Positions 46,853-55,719 of a DNA stretch of 64,000 nt are shown here, piece after piece (the stretch's first letter is position 1; every line of letters starts with the position of its first letter). Position numbers and translations under genes: made by a program. The DNA lies in NCBI GenBank assembly GCA_030602715.1, contig JAUVZD010000001.1, positions 124,403-188,402 on the forward strand, written 5' to 3'. Source of the DNA: Candidatus Coatesbacteria bacterium. GTDB lineage: Bacteria; RBG-13-66-14; B26-G2; JAUVZD01. Under the pieces are notes generated by a model. It saw only the letters and a list, made by a program, of their open reading frames with translations. It was not told the DNA's origin and did no database searches.

Positions 46853-47710
46853 CTACCCTTTTTCCTCGCCTTCAGTCATCTTTTTCAATCTCTCCACGGC
46901 CTCATTGAGCACCCAACTGGGGGTAGAAGCGCCGGCGGTTACCCCTACTACCTTGCAGTTCTTGAACCAATCCTCGGAGAGCTCACTAGCCTCCTCAATA
47001 TGATAGGTAATACTGCCGGCACTGCGGCAGATTTCCGCTAAATGGGTGGTATTTGCGCTATTGTGCCCCCCGACCACAATCATCATGTCCACTTTTCTTG
47101 CCATCTCCAGAGCCTCTTGCTGTCTTTTGAAGGTGGCATCGCAGAGGGTGTTGAATACCTTGAGTTCCCGAGCCTTGGGCAAAAGAAGAGAGACGATATG
47201 CTGACACAAATCTAACTGCAGTGTAGTCTGGAGTATTACTCCCAACCGGTTCATTTCCGGCAGCTTTTTCACCATAGACTCATCGTTAATTACTATCGCC
47301 TCATGCTCAGTATAGCCTGTTACCGACTTTATCTCCGGATGGTTGGGGTCACCGATAACTACAACCGAATAACCCTGGTCGTGAAGAAGCTGAGCATATT
47401 CCTGGGCATTCTTCACCAGGGGGCAGGTGGCGTCAACTATATTCAAACCTCTTCGTCGGGCTTCTTCCACCACTTCCGGAGCCAGACCGTGGGAACGGAT
47501 GACCAGAGTCCCGCCGGCGGGGATATCCTCTATGGATTCTGCAACTGCTATGCCCTCCTCAGCCAGCCTCTTCACCTCCTGGGGATTGTGGATAAGGGGT
47601 CCCAGGGAGAAGACCGGCTGAGTGTCCTGCTCGGTAGCCTTCACCGCCTCCTGAAGCGCTCTCTTTACTCCAAAACAGAAACCAGCATATTTGGGCAGGA
47701 TGACTTTCAT
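46853..47710 (-). CDS. ispH: 4-hydroxy-3-methylbut-2-enyl diphosphate reductase
   Basis: AGFCFGVKRA, IHNP, RSHG, DATCP.V, HPE, QTT, NT.C.AT..RQ, S.NT, TAGASTP. Confidence 0.96.
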   Translation of the reverse strand: MKVILPKYAGFCFGVKRALQEAVKATEQDTQPVFSLGPLIHNPQEVKRLAEEGIAVAESIEDIPAGGTLVIRSHGLAPEVVEEARRRGLNIVDATCPLVKNAQEYAQLLHDQGYSVVVIGDPNHPEIKSVTGYTEHEAIVINDESMVKKLPEMNRLGVILQTTLQLDLCQHIVSLLLPKARELKVFNTLCDATFKRQQEALEMARKVDMMIVVGGHNSANTTHLAEICRSAGSITYHIEEASELSEDWFKNCKVVGVTAGASTPSWVLNEAVERLKKMTEGEEKG

Positions 47711-48342
47711 AATTTATTAAGCTCCGCAATTCCAGCCATCATCCTGTCGGCGACCTCCTGATATATCTCTTTACTGGGTGGGGAATTGTATAAGTCATCA
47801 AGTCTTAGCGGCTTCCCGAAGGTAACATGAATGCTCGGCGTCTGGAGAGTCTTGGAACCCCTGGGCAGAATCTCCGTGGCTCCTTCCAGCAGGCAGGGCA
47901 CCACTTTGGATTTTGATTTGTAAGCGATCATTCCCGCCCCCGTCTGTCCTTCCCTTAACTTACCCGGCTTGCCCCGGGTTCCCTCTGGGAAGATGAGAAG
48001 GCACTTATTTCGTTTGAGCAGGGTTAGGGTGTATTTCAAAGCCCACACATCTCCCATCCCCCGCCGCACCGGGAAAGCCCCATAAGCGACGATCAAGGTG
48101 CGGAAGATGGGGTTATAGAATAGTTCCTCCTTTGCCAGAAAGTGCATTGCCCTGGGTTGTGCGTTGGCAATCAAAGGGGGGTCAAAAGTGCTGATATGAT
48201 TGGAGGCTATGATAACCGGTCCGGAGAGAGGGACCTTTCTCCACCCCCGGGACTGGAAATCCAGAAACAGCCAGGTGAAGGGGTAGAAAAAGATGTGGGA
48301 GACATTAAATAGTATTAATCGCAGGATGTGATGGAGTTTCAT
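47707..48342 (-). CDS. plsC: 1-acyl-sn-glycerol-3-phosphate acyltransferase
   Basis: NHISTFDP, FLAK.ELF, FPVRR, FPEGTR. Confidence 0.92.
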   Translation of the reverse strand: MKLHHILRLILFNVSHIFFYPFTWLFLDFQSRGWRKVPLSGPVIIASNHISTFDPPLIANAQPRAMHFLAKEELFYNPIFRTLIVAYGAFPVRRGMGDVWALKYTLTLLKRNKCLLIFPEGTRGKPGKLREGQTGAGMIAYKSKSKVVPCLLEGATEILPRGSKTLQTPSIHVTFGKPLRLDDLYNSPPSKEIYQEVADRMMAGIAELNKL

Positions 48343-48995
48343 CTACCTTTTACCGCCTTCAAAATTTCTTCCACTACTTCCTCTATGCTCAGGTCTGTGG
48401 AATCAATTATCCGGGCGCCCCGGGGAATGACCAATGGAGCGATCTGGCGAGAGGAATCTCGCCGGTCACGTTCTTGAATGTCATCAATGGTGGAAGCCAA
48501 CGATTTCGTAGTGGGCTTGATGTTGTATTGCATTAGGCGCCGTCTAGCCCTCTCCTCAATACCCGCATCCAGGTAAAATTTGAAATCCGCATCCGGGAAT
48601 ACAAAACTTCCTATATCCCGCCCCTCCATCACCAGGTCGTATTTTCGCCCCAGTTCCCTCTGTATGGATACCATATGTTTGCGCACCCGGGGATGGACCG
48701 CCACCGCAGATGAGCCGGCGGTTACCTCAGCCAATCGCAGTCGCTTGCTCACCTCCTCGCCGTTCAAAAAAAGCTCAAAGCCCGAGGGCAGGGGAATATA
48801 GATTATCTCAATCTTTGAAAGTAGCTCGGCTACCTTCCGTGAATCGGATGGGTCCACACTTTTGTCCAGCGCCGCCAGGGCTACCGCACGATACATAGCC
48901 CCGGAATCTATGTGATGTGCACCCAACCTTTTGGCGACCAGCTTGGCGATGGTCGTCTTTCCCGCACCAGCCGGACCGTCAATGGTTATTATCAT
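48339..48995 (-). CDS. cmk: Cytidylate kinase
   Basis: IDGPAGAGK.T, DSGAMYR, EGRDIG..VFPDA, RD..D..R..APL. Confidence 0.96.
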   Translation of the reverse strand: MIITIDGPAGAGKTTIAKLVAKRLGAHHIDSGAMYRAVALAALDKSVDPSDSRKVAELLSKIEIIYIPLPSGFELFLNGEEVSKRLRLAEVTAGSSAVAVHPRVRKHMVSIQRELGRKYDLVMEGRDIGSFVFPDADFKFYLDAGIEERARRRLMQYNIKPTTKSLASTIDDIQERDRRDSSRQIAPLVIPRGARIIDSTDLSIEEVVEEILKAVKGR

Positions 48996-49734
48996 CCCAG
49001 ACCTGGTCACTTTCCAATGCCAGTCGGGCTTCCTCCCGGCTTAGCTCTCTGAACTCCCCCTCGGCAAAATTTTTTAGCTTTAACTTTCCGATGGCGATTC
49101 TCTGCAGGTCCAGGACTTCATATCCCAGGGTGGAGAAGATGCGCCGGACTAAACGCTTCCGCCCCTCAACGACGGCAACCTCCACCAGCCAACCTTCGGA
49201 TGTAGCTTTGGAAGCCCTTATCTTTGCCCGGGCGCCCCTGCCATCACCCAGCTCCACCCCCCGCTCAATCGTCTCCTTATCCTGGGCGGTCAACCTCTTG
49301 GATAACAATACCCGATAAACCTTCACCACCTTCTTGCCGGGGTGGAGCAGTTCCTGAGCGAAGTCTCCGTCGTTGGTCAGCAGTAAGAGACCACGGCTGT
49401 CCTTATCCAGCCGACCCACCGGAAACAGGCGCAGGTTTCGGGGGATGTCAACCCTCTGGGACTTGAGCAAGTCCATCACCGTGGGACGACCGAAGGGGTC
49501 TTTGACCGTGGTTAGATAATTTGGCGGCTTGTTGAGCATAAAGTAATAATGCCTTTCGTCAATAAAGACCCTCTCTCCGTCAAGGCGAACATCGTCGCTT
49601 GCCTCATCAACCCTTACGCCGGGGCTCTCGGCAACTTTGCCGTTCACCGTAACCCGACCGTCAAATATCAACCGGTCGCATTTTCTGCGGGCGGCGACAC
49701 CGGCTCGAGCTAGAAAGAGGTTCAGGCGCATCAT
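48979..49734 (-). CDS. rluB: 23S rRNA pseudouridine synthase (RluB family)
   Basis: S4 domain RL..FLA..G..ARR, NKP, PVGRLD.DS.GLLLLTNDG, EGRKR.VRR. Confidence 0.9.
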   Translation of the reverse strand: MMRLNLFLARAGVAARRKCDRLIFDGRVTVNGKVAESPGVRVDEASDDVRLDGERVFIDERHYYFMLNKPPNYLTTVKDPFGRPTVMDLLKSQRVDIPRNLRLFPVGRLDKDSRGLLLLTNDGDFAQELLHPGKKVVKVYRVLLSKRLTAQDKETIERGVELGDGRGARAKIRASKATSEGWLVEVAVVEGRKRLVRRIFSTLGYEVLDLQRIAIGKLKLKNFAEGEFRELSREEARLALESDQVWDDNNH

Positions 49735-49740
49735 GGAGGC

Positions 49741-50274
49741 TCATCCTTCAGGAAGCTCAAAATCCTCCAACTTGGGAAGTTCCTTGATGCTGGCGAGTCC
49801 AAAATAGTCAAGAAAGCGGGCGGTGGTGCCATACATCAGCGGTCTGCCCAGCACTTTCTTGCGCCCCACAATGCGAATCAGTTTTTTCTCCAGAAGACTG
49901 CGCACCACGCTGTCGGAAGCCACCCCACGAATCTCCTCTATCTGTGCTTTTATAGCCGGCTGGCGGTAGGCGATGATAGCCAGGGTCTCCAGAGCCGCTT
50001 TAGATAGCGAGGTTTTTTTGGTGGTGTCCTTGAGCTTCTTGATATATTCGGCGAACTGGGGCAGAGTAACCAGCTGGTATCCTCCGGCAATTCTCCTGAT
50101 GGTGAAACTGTGCTTGGAGCCGGCATATTCCCCCTTCAACTCCTCCACCGCTCGCCGGATCTGCCGATTCTCCACCCCCTCTATCGCCCGGGCAAAGTCA
50201 TCCAGGGTGAGGGGACCCTCTAGGGCAAAGAGCAATGCCTCTACAACTGTCTTTATCTCCTTTTCGTCTTTCAT
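49741..50274 (-). CDS. scpB: SMC-Scp complex subunit ScpB
   Basis: EALLF, AGGYQL.T, LSKAALETLAIIAYRQP, GRP..YGTT..FLD.FGL. Confidence 0.96.
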   Translation of the reverse strand: MKDEKEIKTVVEALLFALEGPLTLDDFARAIEGVENRQIRRAVEELKGEYAGSKHSFTIRRIAGGYQLVTLPQFAEYIKKLKDTTKKTSLSKAALETLAIIAYRQPAIKAQIEEIRGVASDSVVRSLLEKKLIRIVGRKKVLGRPLMYGTTARFLDYFGLASIKELPKLEDFELPEG

Positions 50275-50993
50275 ATCAGATGAATGCGGACAGTCTTGAA
50301 GTTCTCCTGTTGGTGAATTTTTATGCGGGCTTGCTTGACCAGCTCCAGGATTGCCAGCAGGGTGACGATCAACTCCATCTTATAGTAACTCTTGCTCTCC
50401 AAAAAGAGCTCCACCAACTCGTCCAGCATAAGGTTGCCCTCATTCTTTGCCAGCACCTGAACTATCTCGTCAACCCGTTCGCCCACACTGACCCTGGGTC
50501 GTTCTATCTCCAACGGTTCCAGGTGGCGGTAGCGTGTAAGCAGATTGCGGAAGGTCATAAGCAGACCGTAGATGTCCATAGTTATCTCCAGCCGCTCCAC
50601 CATCTCGCTTTCGCCGTCTGCGTCGGCGGGGCGTCTGTATTCCTCCGCCCGAGCCTGTGCCAGCTCAGAGAGTTGTTCGGAAGCCTCCTTGAAACGTTGA
50701 TATTCCAGAAGTTGACCTACCAGGACGGTGCGGGGATCATATTCTTCGTCTGAGTCCATCTCCTTGCGGGGTAGGAGCATCTGCGACTTTATCTTCAGCA
50801 GGTCGGCAGCCATAACAAAGTAGTCAGCGGCAAGCTCTACATCCAGCTCCTCCATCAGGCGCACATAGTCCAGATACTGCCTGGTGATCTCGGCTATGGG
50901 GATATCATAAATATCAATCTCATCCTTGCGGATGAGAAAGAGCAAGAGATCCAAAGGTCCCTCAAATAGCTCCAATCTGACTGCGTATTTCAT
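50271..50993 (-). CDS. scpA: Segregation and condensation protein ScpA
   Basis: FEGPLDLLL.LI...EIDIYDIPI..IT.QY, KS..LLP, LAILEL. Confidence 0.96.
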   Translation of the reverse strand: MKYAVRLELFEGPLDLLLFLIRKDEIDIYDIPIAEITRQYLDYVRLMEELDVELAADYFVMAADLLKIKSQMLLPRKEMDSDEEYDPRTVLVGQLLEYQRFKEASEQLSELAQARAEEYRRPADADGESEMVERLEITMDIYGLLMTFRNLLTRYRHLEPLEIERPRVSVGERVDEIVQVLAKNEGNLMLDELVELFLESKSYYKMELIVTLLAILELVKQARIKIHQQENFKTVRIHLI

Positions 50994-51967
50994 AGCCTCA
51001 TTGCCGTCATTACCCGCTTCAGGGTAGCGGAAGCTACTTGGCGAGCACGGGCGTCGCCGGTTGCCAGAACATCTTTTACATAATCATGGTCTTCCTCAAG
51101 CTTGGAGCGCTTTGCCTTGATGGGCGCCAGCTCCTCTATTATGGCATCTGCAAGCTCTCCTTTGCACTCCTTGCACCCCAGTTTTGCGGTCTTGCAATCC
51201 GCAGCTATCCCCTCGTTCCTGGCGGAATTGTATATCCGGTGATAGGAGAAGACATTACACTCCTCGGGGTGCCCCACGTCCTCCTTTCGGGGTCGTTTGG
51301 GGTCGGTTATCATCGTAGCCACCATATTGCGAATCTGCTGAGGAGAATCCTTCAGGTAGATGGCGTTGCCATAAGACTTGCTCATCTTGCGGCGGTCGGT
51401 GCCCAACAAGCGTTTGACCGGGGTAAGCAGTGCCTGCGGTTCAATCAACACCGCTCCGTATGTATTATTAAACCGCCTGACTATCTCCCGGGCCATCTCC
51501 AGATGAGGAAGTTGGTCCTCGCCGATGGGCACATAATCGGCGTCATGGATGACGATGTCGGTTGCCATCAGCACCGGATAACCCAACATTCCGTAGCCCA
51601 CAGTCTCCCCCAGACCCAACTCCTTCACCTGCTCCTTATAAATGGGACAGCGCTCCAGCCAACTGACCGATGTAATCATGGAGAGGAGCAGGTGGAGCTG
51701 ATAGTGTTCGGGAATGTGGGATTGCACAAAGAGTGTGGAGCGCTGGGGGTCAATTCCCACGGAGAGCAAGTCAATGGCTACATCCCGGATATAGTCCTGC
51801 AACCGCCCGGTGTCGGAGCGGTCGGTTAGATAGTGCAGGTCGGCGATGAAATATGAGCAGTCATACTCATCCTGCAGTTCAGCCCAGTTGCGCAGTATCC
51901 CCTCCAGATGACCCAGATGCAGGGGACCGGTTGGTCGAGTTCCAGATAGGACTTTCTTCTTAGCCAT
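50990..51967 (-). CDS. trpS: Tryptophan--tRNA ligase
   Basis: SG.RPTG.LHLGH, QS, YPVLMA.DI, VP.G.DQ..HLE, KMSKS. Confidence 0.97.
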   Translation of the reverse strand: MAKKKVLSGTRPTGPLHLGHLEGILRNWAELQDEYDCSYFIADLHYLTDRSDTGRLQDYIRDVAIDLLSVGIDPQRSTLFVQSHIPEHYQLHLLLSMITSVSWLERCPIYKEQVKELGLGETVGYGMLGYPVLMATDIVIHDADYVPIGEDQLPHLEMAREIVRRFNNTYGAVLIEPQALLTPVKRLLGTDRRKMSKSYGNAIYLKDSPQQIRNMVATMITDPKRPRKEDVGHPEECNVFSYHRIYNSARNEGIAADCKTAKLGCKECKGELADAIIEELAPIKAKRSKLEEDHDYVKDVLATGDARARQVASATLKRVMTAMRL

Positions 51968-52021
51968 AGGTCTCCCTTATACACCGGTCCGATAATGGAC
52001 GCTCCGTCTTCCGGGATGTGG

Positions 52022-52582
52022 TCAATTGACAATAATGCTATTCATCATGGAGTGGAAATCTTGCAGGGTTATCTCAAAGTCCCGCTCCATAACGTCTATA
52101 CCGCAGAAGAAATAATAGCGTTGTGTGGAGAATACCACCACAATGCCGTGTTTATCAATGTCACCTTCTGTGCAAGTATATTCCAGCCAGATACCCTTCT
52201 TTCCAGCCACGGTATACTCCGTCATCTCCACCCGTTCATAGTTCTCTTTGGTGGCATAGTAGTTATTCTGCTCCGTCTTCTCCACCAGCTTCTTTATGTC
52301 CCCATAACTCGGTGCTTCGTCCTCGGTATTCTCGTAGAAGGTTATCGCCAGATGAGCCCTGGTGATTCGGTTGTAACCTCCGAATACCATCGGACCGGGC
52401 ATGTCTATATATATCTCCCAATCGTAGCTGGGAACGGAAAAGGTGAATCCCAGGCGCTTATTGACATAGAGGAGCTCGTCAATTCCCTGAGCGTAAGCCC
52501 AGGCGGAGAATATGAAAAGCAAAGAAAGAGAAAGAATTAGAATCCGCACCGGTCTTTCAGCTCTATTATCCGTCGTTTTCAA
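52022..52582 (-). CDS. Exported hypothetical protein (PsbP/Mog1-like pattern)
   Basis: Signal peptide (AWAYA/QG); Y.N...GF.F..P..W start and F..M..S end. Confidence 0.55.
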   Translation of the reverse strand: MKTTDNRAERPVRILILSLSLLFIFSAWAYAQGIDELLYVNKRLGFTFSVPSYDWEIYIDMPGPMVFGGYNRITRAHLAITFYENTEDEAPSYGDIKKLVEKTEQNNYYATKENYERVEMTEYTVAGKKGIWLEYTCTEGDIDKHGIVVVFSTQRYYFFCGIDVMERDFEITLQDFHSMMNSIIVN

Positions 52583-52624
52583 AAATTACCCCTTTCTTGA
52601 ACCGTAGCTCGGTGAGAGAGTTGC

Positions 52625-53365
52625 TTAAAAAGTCCCGCCAAGAAAGATATTGACTAAGGCGAACAAAATGTTGATATTGAAACCGCTGAAGATATAACTC
52701 CCCAAACTGACCGGAGGAATGATGATATATGCAAAGACGCTTACGCCGGTCATCATCCCGATGACGATAAGCCCGATGAGAATCATCGGTCCATAACGAT
52801 ACAGCCAGGAAAACTTCGCCGCCTTATCCGCAGGAAGCATGCCGAATAGTATGTGTGCGCCGTCCAACGGTGGTATGGGCAGTAGGTTGAAGACCGCCAG
52901 TATCAGGTTGAAGAACATGCCATAGACAAGGAGCATAAAAATTATTCTTATAGCCATAGAAGGCATAACCCAAGACGAAGAGAAGAACGCTTGTTGAGCC
53001 CATTCGTTCACCGGGAAAGCCATCCTGATTATTATGCCGAATATGAGGGCGCAGATGATATTCGCTCCCGCCCCGGCGGCGCTGGTTAAGATGATGCCTT
53101 TGCGGGGCTCCCGGAAGTTGGCGGCGTTTATAGGCACCGGCTTAGCCCACCCGAAGTGGGCGATGAAAAGCAGGATGGTGCCGACGGGGTCAAGATGAAC
53201 CAAGGGGTTGAGCGTCAGCCTCCCGGCCAGGCGGGCGGTGGGGTCCCCCATCTTGTTCGCCATCCAGGCGTGGGCGAACTCATGAATGGTCAAACCGAAG
53301 AGTATCCCCGGTGTTAAGACCAACAATTGCTTGAGGATGGAGGCAAAATCCAGGTTCCCAAACAA
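52625..53365 (-). CDS. Site-2 protease (M50 family)
   Basis: HEFAH, GD.TA...GRLTLNPL.H.D, FGWAKPV, FNLLPIPPLDG. Confidence 0.94.
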   Translation of the reverse strand: MFGNLDFASILKQLLVLTPGILFGLTIHEFAHAWMANKMGDPTARLAGRLTLNPLVHLDPVGTILLFIAHFGWAKPVPINAANFREPRKGIILTSAAGAGANIICALIFGIIIRMAFPVNEWAQQAFFSSSWVMPSMAIRIIFMLLVYGMFFNLILAVFNLLPIPPLDGAHILFGMLPADKAAKFSWLYRYGPMILIGLIVIGMMTGVSVFAYIIIPPVSLGSYIFSGFNINILFALVNIFLGGTF

Positions 53366-53449
53366 AGATACCCCTTTCCGGTCATAGAGTGATTGAGGAT
53401 AATAATAACTTAACTTAAACCAAAATCCAAGTGAAAGTTAGCTTGAAAT

Positions 53450-54388
53450 CTATGCCCCCGGATGGTGTTTGTCTATAATCTCTTTCAACCGCTTGTCCTT
53501 TATCCTGGTGTATATCTGGGTTGTTGATGGCTTAACATGTCCCAAAAGCGCCTGCACCGTCTTCAGGTCGGCTCCGCCCTCCATAAGATGGGTGGCGAAG
53601 GAGTGGCGAATCATGTGGGGGTGTATATCTAGATTCAAACTCTGAGCGTATCGCTTGACCATCTGCCAGAAGGCAACCCTGGTGATAGCTCCGCCCTTCT
53701 TACTCAGAAATAGCGGTGCCTGGGGATTGAGGGCATCTTTGGGTCGCAGGCGCAGATAGCTGTTCAGCTTCTTTAACGCCAGCTCCCCCAGAGGCACCAC
53801 CCTCTCCCGTCCCCCTTTTCCGCTCACCCGGATGAAACCTATGCGCATATCCACCTGTCCTATAGTCGCCCCGGTAAGCTCGCTTGCACGCAGTCCCCCG
53901 CTGTAGCAAAGCTCCAGCGCTGCTCCGTCACGATTCAGTTTCATCTCTTTATAAAGGGTAAGCCTATCCGTCTCTTTTAATTCCTCAATTTGTTTATATG
54001 GGGCTTCCAGTAAGGCTTCAATTATCTCCTGTTCCTGGGATTTGGGCAGGCTGGAGGGGAGTTTTATGCTCTCAATTAATTCGCTGGGGTCGTGGTCTAT
54101 TATCCCTTCCCTTTGCAGGAAGCGAAAGAGGATGCGCAGGGAGGAGAGCCTGCGAGCCAGCGTCCTGGGGCTGTCCCCCTCACCGCTTCGCCCCAGGAGA
54201 AATTTGCTGATGTGCTTGCGGGTGATCTCTGCGGGTTTAGTAATCCCCTTCTGGGCACAGTAGTCGGTGAAATATGCCAGGTCTCTTGTATAGGCTTCAA
54301 CAGTCAGTTCGGAGAGTCCCCTCTCCGCCCGCAGATATACGAAAAGTTCAGCAATGGAGCGCTCCAGAGGCGTTTTCAGGGGGGACAT
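53450..54388 (-). CDS. xerD: Tyrosine recombinase XerD
   Basis: ERGLS..T..AY, GLRASE, GKG..ER.VP, HPH..RHSFATH, LGH, TQIYT; housekeeping context. Confidence 0.88.
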   Translation of the reverse strand: MSPLKTPLERSIAELFVYLRAERGLSELTVEAYTRDLAYFTDYCAQKGITKPAEITRKHISKFLLGRSGEGDSPRTLARRLSSLRILFRFLQREGIIDHDPSELIESIKLPSSLPKSQEQEIIEALLEAPYKQIEELKETDRLTLYKEMKLNRDGAALELCYSGGLRASELTGATIGQVDMRIGFIRVSGKGGRERVVPLGELALKKLNSYLRLRPKDALNPQAPLFLSKKGGAITRVAFWQMVKRYAQSLNLDIHPHMIRHSFATHLMEGGADLKTVQALLGHVKPSTTQIYTRIKDKRLKEIIDKHHPGA

Positions 54389-54390
54389 TG

Positions 54391-55719
54391 CTATTTCAGC
54401 ACCTCCAATATTAGCGGAAGTTCCTCCGGCGGCTCATCACCTATCAAGACCGCTTTCTCTACTCTCGTTAAATAGTCGCTTTCACTGCCCCGATTAAAGT
54501 GCAGTTCCACCAATTCCTCGCCGACCTCAACCTCATCGCCTACCTTGGCGCTGAAGACCAAGCCCGCGCTGTGGTCAATCTCATCCTCCATACTCTCCCG
54601 CCCGGCACCCATGCTCCGGGCAAGTTCGCCAATCTGGTAGGCGTCCATCGCTATGATGTAACCGTCTCTTGGTGCCTTAAATGCGGTCTTTTTGCTTGCT
54701 TCTGTAAATTTTTCCGTATCCTCAATAAAGCTCACATCTCCGCCCTGGGCGGAGACCAGAGAGAACAGGCGCTCGTAGCCCCATCCTTTTACCCAAGCCT
54801 CCTCCAATCTCTCTCTGCCCTCAGGCTCCCCCTCAACTATACCGGCAAGTATCAACATCTGGGCGCCGAGGGCTAGGGTAACCTCCACCACATCCGATGG
54901 GCTACCCGGCAGAGCTCTGAGCAGTTTCACCGCCTCACCAAGCTCAAGGGAGTTGCCCACCGCAAAGCCCAGGGGCTGGTCCATATTGGTCAGTAGCGCC
55001 CGGCAGGAGCGACCGGCTCCCTCGGCGATTGCCACCATTGCCTTACCCAATTCCCTTGCCCTTTCCACCTGAGCCATGAAAGCGCCCCTGCCGAATTTGA
55101 CATCCAGCACCAGGGCGTCGTTTTCCACCGCCAGCTTCTTGCCCATAATGGAGGAGGCGATGAGCGGAAGGGAAGCCACGGTGCCGGTAGCGTCCCGCAG
55201 GCGGTAGAGAACCCCGTCGGCGGGGGCAAGCTCCGGTCCCTGGGCGGCGATTAGCCAACCTGCCTGCGCCAGCACCCTCTCCATCTCCTCTACACTCAGT
55301 TGGGTCTTTATCCCGGGTATAGATTCCAGCTTGTCTATGGTTCCGCCGGTGTGACCGAGACCTCTGCCTGCGGTCAGCGGCACAGCCACCCCGCAGGCGG
55401 CTACCAACGGACCCACCAGAAAGCTGACCTTATCCCCCACTCCGCCTGTGCTGTGTTTGTCCACCAAAGGAAGCTTTATATTGGGAAAGGCAATCCTTTT
55501 TCCTGAATCGACTATACCCTCGGTTAGAGCCAACATTTCCCCCTCGCTCAAGCCCCGAAGATAAACCGCCATGAGAAAGGCGCTCACCTGATAGTCCGGC
55601 ACAACCCCTTCGCCAATGCTGTGGATGAAGCGGGAGTAAAATTGCTCCGAAAGTTCCTCGCCGTCCCGCTTGGCGATTATGCCCTCAAGGAATGTCTGTG
55701 GGTTTTGGGGCGTAGCCAT
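54391..55719 (-). CDS. pdp: Pyrimidine-nucleoside/thymidine phosphorylase
   Basis: DKHSTGGVGDK, GRGLGHTGGT.DKLE, LRD.T.TV, SIM.KK, DVK.G.GAF. Confidence 0.94.
   Translation of the reverse strand: MATPQNPQTFLEGIIAKRDGEELSEQFYSRFIHSIGEGVVPDYQVSAFLMAVYLRGLSEGEMLALTEGIVDSGKRIAFPNIKLPLVDKHSTGGVGDKVSFLVGPLVAACGVAVPLTAGRGLGHTGGTIDKLESIPGIKTQLSVEEMERVLAQAGWLIAAQGPELAPADGVLYRLRDATGTVASLPLIASSIMGKKLAVENDALVLDVKFGRGAFMAQVERARELGKAMVAIAEGAGRSCRALLTNMDQPLGFAVGNSLELGEAVKLLRALPGSPSDVVEVTLALGAQMLILAGIVEGEPEGRERLEEAWVKGWGYERLFSLVSAQGGDVSFIEDTEKFTEASKKTAFKAPRDGYIIAMDAYQIGELARSMGAGRESMEDEIDHSAGLVFSAKVGDEVEVGEELVELHFNRGSESDYLTRVEKAVLIGDEPPEELPLILEVLK

Noticed and set aside
51038-51829. 263-aa + strand ORF and similar antisense ORFs (e.g. 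13221-13892, 36521-37234, 19010-19591)
   Set aside because: Lie opposite well-supported genes and show no recognisable motifs.
51968-52021. Possible T-box leader for trpS
   Set aside because: Spacer is only about 55 bp and lacks the T-box consensus.
53450-54388. Tyrosine recombinase as a phage or island integrase
   Set aside because: XerD-like sequence within a housekeeping superoperon; no att-like repeats or cargo seen.
55212-55226. CCCCGTCGGCGGGG near-palindrome in pdp
   Set aside because: Encodes the conserved LAPAD motif; coincidental.
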